Assembly (NCBI GenBank): GCA_049284935.1
Contig: JBAPYW010000042.1
Coordinates: forward strand, 5,199-69,198
DNA: 64,000 bases
Direction: 5' to 3'
DNA from: Xanthobacteraceae bacterium
GTDB lineage: Bacteria > Pseudomonadota > Alphaproteobacteria > Rhizobiales > Xanthobacteraceae
Of the stretch, positions 35,845 to 45,243 are shown piece by piece. Every line of letters starts with the position of its first letter. Positions within the stretch are counted from its first letter, which is position 1. Under the pieces are notes generated by a model that was not told where the DNA came from, did not search any database, and saw nothing but the letters and a program-made list of their open reading frames with translations. The position numbers and the translations under genes were made by a program.

Positions 35845-37065
35845 ATGCCGCAACGCCGCACCCAACGCCGCGCCCTCATCATCGGCGGCTCGATGAGCGG
35901 CCTGTTGACCGGCATGATGCTGACGCGGCGCGGCTGGGAAGTCGACATTTTCGAGCGCGTCGCCGGCGAGCTTGCCGGCCGCGGCGCCGGGATCGTCGCC
36001 CAACCCGAGCTGATCGCCCGGCTCGCCGCGCTCGGCCTCGACGTGCGCGATCTCGGCGTCGCCATCACGACGCGGCAAATCCTCGATGCCGCCGGCCGCG
36101 TGGTCGGCACAAGAGCATGTCCGCAGGTGCTGACTGCCTGGGAGCGCGTCTACCGGGTGTTGCGCGATGGGTTCCCGCCGGGCTGCTATCACCGCGGCCG
36201 CAGCTTTCGTGCATTCGAGCAGGGCAGCAGCGGCGTGATGGCCCATTTCAGCGATGGCGGCATTGCGGTGGGCGACGTGCTGATCGGCGCCGACGGCCTG
36301 CGTTCGACCGTGCGCCAGCTCTGCCTGCCCGCCGTCGCGCCGCTTTGCGCCGGCTACGCCGCCTGGCGCGCGCTCATTGCGGAGAGCGCACTGCCGGCCG
36401 CTATTCACCGCGATTTGTTCGAAGCGATGACGTTCTGCCTGCCGCCCGGCGAACAATTCCTCGGCTATCCGGTCGCCGGCCCAGACAACGATCTGCGAGC
36501 AGGACAGCGCCGCTACAATATTGTTTGGTACCGCCCGGCGGACGAGGCGAGCGAGCTTCCGCGGCTGCTCACCGACGAAAACGGCGTCAGGCACGCGATT
36601 TCGATTCCGCCGCCGCTGATCCGCGGCGACGCCATCGCCGGCATGCGCGCGGCGGCGGAGCGGTTATTGGCGCCGCAATTGCGCGACATCGTGCGGCTGA
36701 TCGAGGAGCCGATCCTGCAGCCGATTTACGATCTGGCGAGCCCGCGCCTTGCATTCGGCCGGGTCGCCATCATCGGCGATGCGGCCTTCGTGGCGAGGCC
36801 TCATGTCGCGGCCGGAGTGTCCAAGGCGGCCGACGACGCGGCGGCGCTCGTTGCTGCGGTCGACGGCGACGACATCGAAGCCGGGCTGCGCCGTTTCGAA
36901 ACGGAGCGCCTGCCGCAAGGCAATCGCATCATCGAGCGGGCGCGGCACCTCGGCGCCTATCTGCAGGCGACGCAGAGCGCCGAAGAGCGCAGCCGCTCCG
37001 CCCGCCACGGCATTCCCGAAGCGGTGCTCGCCGAAACCGCGGTGCTGGACTTTTTGTATGGGTGA
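35845..37065 (+). CDS. FAD-dependent monooxygenase (aromatic-ring hydroxylase-like)
   Basis: GxGxxG (ALIIGGSMSGLLTGMML), the DG motif (LIGADGLRSTVR) and the GD motif (VAIIGDAAFVARPHVAAGVSKA) are typical of group A flavoprotein monooxygenases. Confidence 0.85.
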   Translation: MPQRRTQRRALIIGGSMSGLLTGMMLTRRGWEVDIFERVAGELAGRGAGIVAQPELIARLAALGLDVRDLGVAITTRQILDAAGRVVGTRACPQVLTAWERVYRVLRDGFPPGCYHRGRSFRAFEQGSSGVMAHFSDGGIAVGDVLIGADGLRSTVRQLCLPAVAPLCAGYAAWRALIAESALPAAIHRDLFEAMTFCLPPGEQFLGYPVAGPDNDLRAGQRRYNIVWYRPADEASELPRLLTDENGVRHAISIPPPLIRGDAIAGMRAAAERLLAPQLRDIVRLIEEPILQPIYDLASPRLAFGRVAIIGDAAFVARPHVAAGVSKAADDAAALVAAVDGDDIEAGLRRFETERLPQGNRIIERARHLGAYLQATQSAEERSRSARHGIPEAVLAETAVLDFLYG

Positions 37066-37112
37066 ATGGCTGGCAGCTTCGCGGTGCTAGCCGCTGAACG
37101 TCTTTGCAAAAA

Positions 37113-37772
37113 TCAGGTGGTGACTTCGTCGCGGAAGCTCGCGGCGGCCGGGTCGGCGGCACGAAGCTTGGGATAGAGCTTTTTGAAGTCCGCCACGATC
37201 GTTGCGAACGGCACGTCGGGAAATGCGCCGCGGTCCTTGAGATATTCCATGTGCCGCCGTCCGGCCTGGTCGAACGGATGGAACAGGCTGTCGTTCACCC
37301 CGTCGAAATCGAGCGGCTTGATGTTCGCCCGCGCGCACAGCGCGGAATCGAAGGCCGGCGTGCACTTGACCCATTTTCCGTCGATATAAAGTTCCGTGTA
37401 GGAGTGCCAGCAGAACGTATCGCCGACCCGGTCGCGAAGCCGCTGCGAGGTGAGGTGGTTGCGCACGTCGGCATAACCGGGACGCGCCGGGATGCCGCAG
37501 ACGCGGGCCGCGGCCGCCAGCAACGCCGACTTTCCCACACAGAAGCCCTTGCCGGCTTGAAGCACGGCGCTGGCACGGAATTCGGCCGGATCGAAAAAGT
37601 CGATATAGGGATCGTATTGGATCGAATCGCGCACCGCGCGGTAAAGCGCGATCACCTTGTCCTTCGCCGTTCGCGCGTTGCCGGCCGCGCGGTGGGCGAA
37701 GGCTTGGATGGCCGGATCGTCGCTATCGATAAAGGGCGTGGCGTGCAGAAAGTCAGAGTTGTCCATGGTCAT
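37113..37772 (-). CDS. transglutaminase-like cysteine peptidase family protein
   Basis: I chose ATG 37772 (MTMDNSDF). The core GKGFCVGKSALLAAAARVCGIPAR...CWHSYTELYIDGKWV..TPAFD contains the Cys-His-Asp arrangement of the transglutaminase-like fold. Confidence 0.8.
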   Translation of the reverse strand: MTMDNSDFLHATPFIDSDDPAIQAFAHRAAGNARTAKDKVIALYRAVRDSIQYDPYIDFFDPAEFRASAVLQAGKGFCVGKSALLAAAARVCGIPARPGYADVRNHLTSQRLRDRVGDTFCWHSYTELYIDGKWVKCTPAFDSALCARANIKPLDFDGVNDSLFHPFDQAGRRHMEYLKDRGAFPDVPFATIVADFKKLYPKLRAADPAAASFRDEVTT

Positions 37773-37873
37773 GTTGCTCGCCGGGCGCAGTATCGAGCGT
37801 TGCCTGCAGGAGGGTCTCATCCTTGCCCATGGCTGATGGCGAGCGTCAAGCCCGTGCCGATCGACCCGCGCCG

Positions 37874-39301
37874 TCATTGTTGCCGGCGCAACGGCGGCGG
37901 CGCCCAGCTTCCGTTCAGCACCGCCGCCTTCGGCGCATAGAGCCGCATGGTCAGTCCGAGCGTGCCGGCGCTGGGCGAGGGCAGCCAATTGGCGGTTCTG
38001 TCGCCGCCGGGATCGCCGTGCTGGATATAGAGATCCAGCGATCCGTCGGCGTTGTATTTCAGCGCGTCGCGGTCGCCGAGGGCGAAACGGTTGATCGCAT
38101 TGGCGACCGGGAATCCCTCGGCGTCGTACATCGTCACCGACCAGAACGCGTCGACCGGCGGCAGTTCGGCCTTGGAGAAATGCAAGATGTAATTGTGATC
38201 GCCGGTCGGTGGCTTGCCGTCCGCGTCCGCGACGATCAGCGGATAAACGGCATCTTCCGGCGGGTTCACGCCGAGACCGACGAGCGCAATGACGGCGCGC
38301 TTGAGGTAGTAATTGCCGTACACGCCCACCGTGTCTGTGTTCATTTGCCAGCCGTTGACCGCGCGGGCGAGGGTGGGGATCTTGTCATGCATAAACTTCA
38401 GGCCGTCGGCCGCGGCTTTTTTCAGGGCGTCTTGAACGGCGGGATCGAGCTTCTCCGGTTCGTAGCTCCGACCAACCTCAATGCCGATCCGTTCCAATCT
38501 CGCGATTATCGACCAATCGGTGAGGTGCGGCGGGTTCACCTTCATGAGTTCGGCCCCCCGCTTGAAATAGGTCAGCGGCGGCATGGTGTTGACAAGTTCG
38601 AGCGGCGCCGGCGCCGTTACGTGAAGCGGCAGGGCAAGCGGTGGCTGAGCCGGTGCCGGCCCATGGTCCCACTGCGACAGCGGCGTGATGGTGTAACCGT
38701 CCTGTACCTTGTTGACGGCCGCGTAATCCTGCGGGCCCTTGGTCTGGGTGCGGCCGATAATCCAGACATACGGCGTCGGCGCCTCGATGCGCCTGACGCC
38801 AACCGGCAGGTCGCCCGTCCATCCGCGCGGCACGACGGCGAAATGAGCTGCCGCAGTTCCGCTGGTGCGCTTTCCCGGGACCGCGAAGACGTCGGTCCAC
38901 ATATCGAGCATCGGCAACAGATAGTAGCGCCCGCCGGTGTCGGGTGCCGAGACGACCATCGGCTCCTTGGTGAGGTCGAGCCACGCCGACGAATAAAGCG
39001 TGTCGAAGTTGGGCCGCACCACGGCCCTGAAGTCGGCCGGAGGGAAGGTGCGGATGTGAACAAATCTGTTGACGAGGCTATTGGCCGGCGCTCCGGGAGT
39101 GTGGTTGATTTGCTCCCGGGTTACATCCATCGTGACGAGCGGATAGAAATAAATATAAGCCTCGACGCCGATCTCGTAGGCATCCTGCGCGCTGACGCTT
39201 GCCTGGGCGTAGCTTAAGTCGGGAGAAAATGTCGCTGCCGCGCAAGTCAGCGATGCCTGCAGGATTGCTCGGAAAACAAAAGACCGTGCCGTCGAACGCA
39301 T
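37874..39301 (-). CDS. DUF1254/DUF1214 domain-containing secreted protein
   Basis: 475-aa ORF with a signal peptide. AYIYFYPLVTMDVTR...NFDTLYSSAWLDLTKEPMVVSAPDTGGRYYLLPMLDMWTDVF matches DUF1254. The C-terminal FWSVTMYD...NWLP matches DUF1214. Confidence 0.8.
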   Translation of the reverse strand: MRSTARSFVFRAILQASLTCAAATFSPDLSYAQASVSAQDAYEIGVEAYIYFYPLVTMDVTREQINHTPGAPANSLVNRFVHIRTFPPADFRAVVRPNFDTLYSSAWLDLTKEPMVVSAPDTGGRYYLLPMLDMWTDVFAVPGKRTSGTAAAHFAVVPRGWTGDLPVGVRRIEAPTPYVWIIGRTQTKGPQDYAAVNKVQDGYTITPLSQWDHGPAPAQPPLALPLHVTAPAPLELVNTMPPLTYFKRGAELMKVNPPHLTDWSIIARLERIGIEVGRSYEPEKLDPAVQDALKKAAADGLKFMHDKIPTLARAVNGWQMNTDTVGVYGNYYLKRAVIALVGLGVNPPEDAVYPLIVADADGKPPTGDHNYILHFSKAELPPVDAFWSVTMYDAEGFPVANAINRFALGDRDALKYNADGSLDLYIQHGDPGGDRTANWLPSPSAGTLGLTMRLYAPKAAVLNGSWAPPPLRRQQ

Positions 39302-39308
39302 GTTGACC

Positions 39309-40052
39309 TCATACGTGCTGGCCGCCGTTGATGTGGATTTCGGCGCCGTTGACGTAGGACGAAGTGTCCGTGCACAGCACGTAGATGATCTTTGCCACTT
39401 CGTCGGGCGTGCCGAGGCGGTGCATCGGGATCATCTCGACGATCTTTTCCGTGCCGGGCGACAGCATCGCGGTGTCGATCTCGCCCGGCGCGATGGCGTT
39501 GACACGCACGCCGAGCGCGCCGAAATCGGCGGCCATCTCGCGCGTCAGCCCGGCGAGCGCCGCCTTCGAGGTCGCATAGGCGGCGCCCGCGAACGGATGC
39601 ACCCGCGAGCCGGCGATCGAGGTGACGTTGACGACCGAGCCCTTGGCGGCCTTGAGCTCGTCAAGCAGCCCGCGCGCCAGCATGATCGGGGCAAAGAAGT
39701 TCACCTGGAAGACGTGATGCCAATCGTCGCGTGAGGTGTCGATCGAGCCGAGCCGCTTGCCGCCGGTTCCTTTGGGTGAGATCGCGGCGTTGTTGACCAA
39801 CGCATGCAGCTCGCCGTTGAGCCGCCGTTTGATCTCGGCGATCGCCGCGTCGGTGTTATCGGGATCCGCCAGATCGACCTGGACGTGGTCCTCGGGGCCG
39901 GCTTCCCACGGACAATTCTCCGGGAACGGGTGGCGCGAACAGGTGATGACGCGCCAACCGGCGGCAGAGAAGCGCTTGACGGTCGCGTGGCCGATGCCGC
40001 GGCTCGCCCCGGTGAGGAGGAGCGTCCGGCGCGGCTGGTTGCTCATAGGCAT
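39309..40052 (-). CDS. SDR family oxidoreductase
   Basis: TGASRGIG, NNAA and YATSKAAL motifs are present. The start is ATG 40052 or 40046 (MPMSNQP), preceded by GGAAGAG. Confidence 0.85.
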   Translation of the reverse strand: MPMSNQPRRTLLLTGASRGIGHATVKRFSAAGWRVITCSRHPFPENCPWEAGPEDHVQVDLADPDNTDAAIAEIKRRLNGELHALVNNAAISPKGTGGKRLGSIDTSRDDWHHVFQVNFFAPIMLARGLLDELKAAKGSVVNVTSIAGSRVHPFAGAAYATSKAALAGLTREMAADFGALGVRVNAIAPGEIDTAMLSPGTEKIVEMIPMHRLGTPDEVAKIIYVLCTDTSSYVNGAEIHINGGQHV

Positions 40053-40112
40053 TTGGCTCTTCCGATCCTGCTGACGCCAAGTTTCGCGTTTGAGCTCATG
40101 CTTATTTCGGCT

Positions 40113-40162
40113 GGAGCGTGATCTTTTCCGAAAACCGGTTCCCACTTTTCGGGATCATGCTC
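40113..40162. repeat. REP-like palindromic intergenic element, copy 1
   Basis: The sequence GGAGCGTGATCTTTTCCGAAAACCGGTTCCCACTTTTCGGGATCATGCTC has terminal inverted arms (GAGCGTGATC/GATCATGCTC). It is highly similar to copy 2 at 42505-42554. It abuts the pdxH stop codon. Confidence 0.6.
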
Positions 40163-40802
40163 ATGGATAAAGCCGCGTCTTGCTCCACGGTGCCGTCGCG
40201 CTCGCGCGTGTGAAGGCGATACGGTCATGGAGCCGAAACGGCCGCTCCTGCCAAAACTCGATTCCCTGCGGCACCACACGATAGCCCGACCAGTGCGGCG
40301 GCCGCGGTACCGGGCCGATTGCGAATTTCGTCGTGTAACGCGCTACCGCCTTTTCGAAGGCCATGCGGCTTTCCAGCGCGGCCGACTGTTTGCTGGCCCA
40401 AGCGCCGATCTGGGCCATGCGCGAGCGCGTGGCGAAGTAGCTGTCGGCTTCCGCCACCGAGACCGACTCGACGCTGCCGCGGACGCGAACCTGGCGCTGC
40501 AGCGACTTCCAGTAAAACGTCAGCGCCGCCTTCGGCGCCGCCGCCAATTCATGACCTTTGACGCTGTCGAGATTGGTGTAAAAAACAAAGCCGCGCTCAT
40601 CGAAACCCTTCAACAGCACCATCCGTCCATTCGGCAGCCCGTCGGCATCGACGGTCGCCAGCGCCATAGCGTCCGGATTGACCGGTTCGGCGCTCTGGGC
40701 CTCGGCAAACCACGCGGCAAACAGGCGGAACGGTTCGCCGGCCGCGGTGAAGTCACCGCCCGTTAACCAACCCGGGTGTTCTATCGGCGCTGCGTCGGAC
40801 AT
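40161..40802 (-). CDS. pdxH: pyridoxamine 5'-phosphate oxidase
   Basis: [56 protein letters not shown] and the C-terminal [14 protein letters not shown] are the PdxH signature. Confidence 0.9.
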   Translation of the reverse strand: MSDAAPIEHPGWLTGGDFTAAGEPFRLFAAWFAEAQSAEPVNPDAMALATVDADGLPNGRMVLLKGFDERGFVFYTNLDSVKGHELAAAPKAALTFYWKSLQRQVRVRGSVESVSVAEADSYFATRSRMAQIGAWASKQSAALESRMAFEKAVARYTTKFAIGPVPRPPHWSGYRVVPQGIEFWQERPFRLHDRIAFTRASATAPWSKTRLYP

Positions 40803-40817
40803 TCTGCGGAGTACCCA

Positions 40818-41339
40818 GTGCTCGCGTGCGGCAATCGGGAAGCAGGCCGCCGGTGTCTATATAGTGGAACCGGGGCGCCACGCCTATGTTGGCCGCTGCA
40901 GCGATTTGCGGCCGTAACGGCCCTGCTTGGCGCGTTCACGGCCGCCGGCTGCTCCTATCAGCTCGATTCGCTATTCTCCAAAGCCGACCCGGACGTCGAG
41001 CAGACCGGCACCACGACCCGGCCGACCGACAAAGCGGGCCATGCCGCCACCGCCGCGCCGCCGTCCGAGGTCGACCTCGCTTATGCGCGCGCGGTCGCAG
41101 CCGACGTACTCGCGCATGCGGCGAAGGATAGCAGCATCCCCTGGGAGAATCCGCATACCGGGGCCGGCGGTAACATCACGCCCCTCGCCGCATCCTACAG
41201 CGAGGGCGCCTTCACCTGCCGCGATTTCCTGGCGAGCTACGTCCGCGGCGAATCGGAGGCATGGCTGCAAGGCGCGGCCTGCCGCACGCGCGAGGGAAAG
41301 TGGGAGGTGAAAAGCCTAAAACCTCTCAAGCAGGGCTGA
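40818..41339 (+). CDS. lipoprotein, surface-antigen-like (start uncertain)
   Basis: It has a lipobox ([11 protein letters not shown]) and a C-terminal AFTCRDF...GAACR..GKWEV pattern like the small 17-kDa-antigen / RT0821-type lipoproteins. No ATG lies close to the signal peptide. GTG 40818 (preceded by GGAG plus 6 nt) is the best canonical option. The track ATG 40776 overlaps pdxH. Confidence 0.55.
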   Translation: MLACGNREAGRRCLYSGTGAPRLCWPLQRFAAVTALLGAFTAAGCSYQLDSLFSKADPDVEQTGTTTRPTDKAGHAATAAPPSEVDLAYARAVAADVLAHAAKDSSIPWENPHTGAGGNITPLAASYSEGAFTCRDFLASYVRGESEAWLQGAACRTREGKWEVKSLKPLKQG

Positions 41340-41461
41340 TCGGATCATCGTCGCGCTCCCGCCACCGATAGAAACGCATTGCAGGGCGGTGGCGTAAATC
41401 CCACATTGCAAGATATGGGCGGGCGGGGCCAGCCCCGGAACTTAAGCGGAGTCGATGGGGG

Positions 41462-42448
41462 ATGCGTGATCCCTATCAGGTGCTGGGCGTTGATCGCAAG
41501 GCGAGCGCAGCCGATATCAAGAGCGCGTTCCGACGCCTGGCAAAAAAACTGCATCCCGACGCCAACAAGAACGATCCGAACGCGGCGTCGCGTTTCGCCG
41601 AGATCAATGCCGCCTATGAAATCCTCGGTGAGGACGACAAGCGCAAGGCGTATGACCGCGGCGAGATCGACGCCGAGGGCAAGCCGCGATTCCAGGGCTT
41701 TCCCCCCGGCGCCGGCGCACGCCCGGGCGGCGGTTTTACGCCGGAAGGGGACTTTGAGACTTTCAGCTTCGGCCCCGAGGGCTTTACCCGGACCACCCGG
41801 GGCGGCCGCGGTGGCGGCGGTTTTGGCGGTTTCGAGGATATCCTCAGAGACGCCTTCGGCGGCGCGGGCGCCGGGCCCGGCGCGCGCATGCACCGCGGTG
41901 GAGCTGCGTTCGAGGCCGAGGATTTCGGCAGCGGCGCCGATGTCACGGCGGCGCTGACGATTACGCTGCCCGATGCGGCGCACGGCGTCACCCAGCGCCT
42001 GCGGCTGCCGTCCGGCAAGGATCTCGAAGTCAAGATTCCCGCGGGCATTGCCGACGGCCAGCAAATCCGGCTGCGCGGCCAGGGTATGCCGGGACCGGGC
42101 GGAGCCGGCGATGTGCTGATTACCCTGTCGATTGCGCCGCACCCGATTTTTACCCTCGAAGGCGCCAATCTCAGGCTGGACCTGCCGATCACGCTCGACG
42201 AAGCCACGCTGGGGGCGAAGGTGCGGGTGCCGACCCTCGACAAACCGGTTGAAATCGCCATCCCGGCCTGGACCAGCAGCGGGCGCACCTTTCGTCTCAA
42301 GGGCAAGGGCTTTCCGGCGAAAGCGGGCCGCGGCGATCTGTTCGCCACCGTGCGCATCATGCTGCCGGAACGGAGCGACCCCGAGCTCGCCGCGCTGATG
42401 CAGAAGTGGCGGAGCGAGAAGCCCTACGATCCGCGCAAGGGGATGTGA
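41462..42448 (+). CDS. DnaJ-family co-chaperone lacking the zinc finger (CbpA-like)
   Basis: It has a J domain (DPYQVLGVDRKASAADIKSAFRRLAKKLHPDAN), a Gly/Phe-rich linker and DnaJ C-terminal substrate-binding domains (ITLPDAAHG...DLEVKIPAGIADGQQIRLRGQG...GDLFATVRI). It has no CxxCxGxG repeats. Confidence 0.85.
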   Translation: MRDPYQVLGVDRKASAADIKSAFRRLAKKLHPDANKNDPNAASRFAEINAAYEILGEDDKRKAYDRGEIDAEGKPRFQGFPPGAGARPGGGFTPEGDFETFSFGPEGFTRTTRGGRGGGGFGGFEDILRDAFGGAGAGPGARMHRGGAAFEAEDFGSGADVTAALTITLPDAAHGVTQRLRLPSGKDLEVKIPAGIADGQQIRLRGQGMPGPGGAGDVLITLSIAPHPIFTLEGANLRLDLPITLDEATLGAKVRVPTLDKPVEIAIPAWTSSGRTFRLKGKGFPAKAGRGDLFATVRIMLPERSDPELAALMQKWRSEKPYDPRKGM

Positions 42449-42453
42449 GCGCC

Positions 42454-42554
42454 TTAGAGCGCAACCGCTTCAGATTGAATCGATCGGCGCTCTAATATCT
42501 TGGTGGAGCATGATCTTTTCAGAAAACCGGCCTCCACTTTTCCGGATCATGCTC
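42454..42554. repeat. composite intergenic element: 9-bp-stem hairpin plus REP-like element, copy 2
   Basis: TTAGAGCGC (42454-42462) pairs with GCGCTCTAA (42487-42495). This is followed by GGAGCATGATCTTTTCAGAAAACCGGCCTCCACTTTTCCGGATCATGCTC (42505-42554), which has perfect 10-bp terminal inverted arms and differs from copy 1 at only a few positions. Confidence 0.6.
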
Positions 42555-42681
42555 TAAGCCCCGATACGCTGCTGCGGGCCGCCGTGAGCGGCGCTCATTA
42601 ACTCCAGGCCCCGCGCTTGATGGCTGCTACGGCCGTGTGCCATAGGAGTCCGGGGCCGAAACGTCCAGCGAGGTGAGTGGA

Positions 42682-43518
42682 ATGGCGGAAGTCTCAGGCC
42701 TCATGCGCGGCAAGCGCGGCCTGGTCATGGGGGTCGCAAACCACCGCTCGCTGGCCTGGGGCATCGCCAAAGCCTGCCATGGTCACGGCGCCGCGCTTGC
42801 CTTCACCTATCAGGGCGAGGTGCTCAGGAAGCGCGTCGAGCCGCTGGCCGAGGAGGTCGGCGGCATCGTCGTCGGCCATTGCGATGTCACCGAGCCAAAG
42901 ACCATCGACCAAGTGTTCGCCGCCGTGCAATCCGCCTGGGGCACGATCGACTTCCTAGTCCATGCGATGGCGTTTTCCGACAAAGACCAGCTCGACGGCC
43001 GTTACATCGACACCACGCAGGACAATTTCACCCAGACCATGCTGGTGAGCTGCTACTCGCTCACGGCGATAGCGCAGCGCGCCGAGAAGCTGATGCCGAA
43101 CGGCGGCGCCATGCTGACGCTGACCTATTACGGCGCCGAGAAATGGATGCCGCATTACAATGTGATGGGGGTCGCCAAGGCGGCGCTCGAAGCGTCGGTG
43201 CGCTACCTCGCCGCCGATCTCGGCGTGAAGAATATCCGCGTCAATGCCATCTCGTCGGGACCGATCAAGACGCTGGCCGCCTCCGGCATCCGCGACATGC
43301 GTTATATCCTGCGATGGAACGAATACAACGCGCCGCTGCGGCGCAACGTCAGCGTCGAAGACGTCGGCGAGGCCGCGGTGTATATGCTCTCCGACATGTC
43401 GCGCAGCGTCACCGGCGAGGTGCATCACGTCGACGCCGGCTATCACATCGTCGGCATGAAACACCCCGACGCGCCGGATATCGCCGTCGGCAAGAACGGC
43501 GACAACGGCAAGGATTGA
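42682..43518 (+). CDS. fabI: enoyl-[acyl-carrier-protein] reductase (NADH)
   Basis: GKRGLVMGVANHRSLAWGIA, the HAMAFSDK region, LTYYGAEKWMPHYNVMGVAKAALEASVRYLA and NAISSGPIKTLAASGI are present. ATG 42682 is preceded by GAGGTG. The GTG at 42673 is the track start. Confidence 0.9.
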   Translation: MAEVSGLMRGKRGLVMGVANHRSLAWGIAKACHGHGAALAFTYQGEVLRKRVEPLAEEVGGIVVGHCDVTEPKTIDQVFAAVQSAWGTIDFLVHAMAFSDKDQLDGRYIDTTQDNFTQTMLVSCYSLTAIAQRAEKLMPNGGAMLTLTYYGAEKWMPHYNVMGVAKAALEASVRYLAADLGVKNIRVNAISSGPIKTLAASGIRDMRYILRWNEYNAPLRRNVSVEDVGEAAVYMLSDMSRSVTGEVHHVDAGYHIVGMKHPDAPDIAVGKNGDNGKD

Positions 43519-43555
43519 CGGCGCCACATCCGCTAGCCGGCCCTGGACGACGATA

Positions 43556-43595
43556 CCAACAAAACAGCAGCGGCCGGACTTTGGTCCAGCCGCTG
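43556..43595 (-). terminator. rho-independent terminator (minus-strand sense)
   Basis: The minus-strand RNA forms CAGCGGCUGGAC-CAAA-GUCCGGCCGCUG (12 bp including one G-U pair), followed by CUGUUUUGUUGG. It lies downstream of the micro-ORF at 43676-43717. Confidence 0.6.
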
Positions 43596-43675
43596 TCACG
43601 AAACACCGCTCGAGGCGCCTCGCGAACTCAAGAAGCTGACGACGCGGCCTCGAAGCGAGGCGCGCGCATGCGTCA

Positions 43676-43717
43676 TTACATCTTGGTTTTCTTCTTCTTC
43701 TTTGACTTCTTTGACAT
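43676..43717 (-). CDS. 13-codon lysine-rich micro-ORF (MSKKSKKKKKTKM), hypothetical
   Basis: The ATG at 43717 is preceded by AAGGA at about 8 nt and the stop is TAA at 43676. A sigma-70-like TTGAGG-N18-TATGGC lies about 130 nt upstream, and the terminator at 43556-43595 lies downstream. The local sequence is AT-rich. Whether it codes is unproven. Confidence 0.3.
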   Translation of the reverse strand: MSKKSKKKKKTKM

Positions 43718-44086
43718 GGCTTGCGTCCTTGTTGCGTGATGAACGTAAACGGCAGGGTTGAGTTTAAGCTTCGCGGGCGCGTATTTCGGGTCCCCGGGGC
43801 TTTCGCCCTCCTTACCAAAAACAACGATGCCATAGGCGGGGCGGAGGCGCAACCTCAAAATTGAAAATAACCCTGATTTTTCCGTAGCTTAACGGATGTT
43901 CAGCTTTTCATTAATCGGCGTTCAGCGAGATGAATGCGGCATGAACACCTTTATCGTTGCTGACGCAATCGAGCCTTCGCGCGGCGGCGTTTGACCCGGT
44001 GGAGTCGACGGGTTACCAAGCCCGACGCGCCTGACGTCGAGCACTCAGCGCCATTGCCCGTTGCTGGCGCGCCAAGTTCTTCAACC

Positions 44087-45211
44087 ATGTCATTCAATAC
44101 GTTCGGGCATTCCTTCCGGGTAACGACCTTCGGCGAGAGCCATGGGCCGGCGATCGGCTGCGTCGTCGACGGCTGCCCACCGCGCATCGAGCTCAGCGAC
44201 GGCGATATTCAGCCCTATCTCGATCGGCGGCGGCCCGGCCAGTCGCGTTTCACCTCGCAGCGGCAAGAGCCGGACGCGGTCAAAATCCTCTCCGGCGTGT
44301 TCATCGACGAGGCGACCGGCAAGCAGGTCACCACCGGCACGCCGATTGCGCTCCTCATCGACAATCTCGATCAGCGCGGCAAGGACTATGCCGACATCAA
44401 GGACAAATATCGGCCCGGCCACGCCGACTATGCCTACGAGATCAAATACGGCCTGCGCGATTATCGCGGCGGCGGCCGGCAATCCGCCCGCGAGACGGCG
44501 CTGCGGGTCGCCGCCGGCGCCATCGCCCGCAAGCTCGTGCCGGGATTGCAGGTGCGCGGCGCGCTCATTGCGATGGGCCCGCACCGGATCGACCGCGGGC
44601 GCTGGGATTGGGCCGAGATCGAGCGCAATCCGTTCTTCTGTCCGGACGCCGAAACCGCCGCCTTTTTCGCCGAATATCTCGACGGCTTGCGCAAGCGCGG
44701 CTCCTCGATCGGCGCGGTGATCGAAGTGGTGGCCGAGGGAGTGCCGCCAGGCCTCGGTGCGCCGATCTACGGCAAGCTCGACGCCGACCTCGCCGCCGCG
44801 CTGATGAGCATCAATGCCGTGAAGGGCGTCGAGATCGGCGCCGGCTTCGGTGCCGCGGAGCTGTCGGGCGAAGAGAACGGCGACGAGATGCGCATGGGCA
44901 ATGACGGCAAGCCGGTTTTTCTCTCCAACAATGCCGGCGGCATCCTCGGCGGCATTTCCACCGGCCAGCCGGTGATCGCGCGTTTCGCGGTCAAGCCCAC
45001 GTCTTCGATCCTGACGCCGCGGCGCACCGTCGACCGCTACGGTCGCGAGACCGAAATATCGACTAAAGGGCGCCACGATCCTTGTGTCGGCATCCGCGCC
45101 GTGCCGGTCGGCGAAGCCATGGTGGCATGCGTCATCGCCGATCATTATCTGCGCTATCGCGGCCAGGTCGGCGAGCCGCCGGATTGGCCATTTGCGCTGC
45201 CGCAGCGCTGA
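44087..45211 (+). CDS. aroC: chorismate synthase
   Basis: [54 protein letters not shown] and [13 protein letters not shown] are the AroC signatures. ATG 44087. Confidence 0.95.
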   Translation: MSFNTFGHSFRVTTFGESHGPAIGCVVDGCPPRIELSDGDIQPYLDRRRPGQSRFTSQRQEPDAVKILSGVFIDEATGKQVTTGTPIALLIDNLDQRGKDYADIKDKYRPGHADYAYEIKYGLRDYRGGGRQSARETALRVAAGAIARKLVPGLQVRGALIAMGPHRIDRGRWDWAEIERNPFFCPDAETAAFFAEYLDGLRKRGSSIGAVIEVVAEGVPPGLGAPIYGKLDADLAAALMSINAVKGVEIGAGFGAAELSGEENGDEMRMGNDGKPVFLSNNAGGILGGISTGQPVIARFAVKPTSSILTPRRTVDRYGRETEISTKGRHDPCVGIRAVPVGEAMVACVIADHYLRYRGQVGEPPDWPFALPQR

Positions 45212-45243
45212 CTGCCGTGGCGACGAACATCCAAAAGAACAAC

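Noticed and set aside
35329-36594. A 421-aa minus-strand ORF, plus a 458-aa plus-strand alternate-frame ORF (35721-37097).
   Set aside because: Only the last 147 codons of the minus-strand ORF form a cupin with a proper SD sequence and ATG. The remainder is antisense to, or out of frame with, the FAD monooxygenase gene and is Arg/Ala-rich junk.
43676-43858. The 60-aa minus-strand ORF from the track, which contains the lysine-rich peptide.
   Set aside because: The upstream 47 codons begin at a TTG inside the putative promoter, show no coding-like bias and have no SD sequence. Only the terminal 13-codon ORF has an SD-ATG arrangement, and even that is a low-confidence call.
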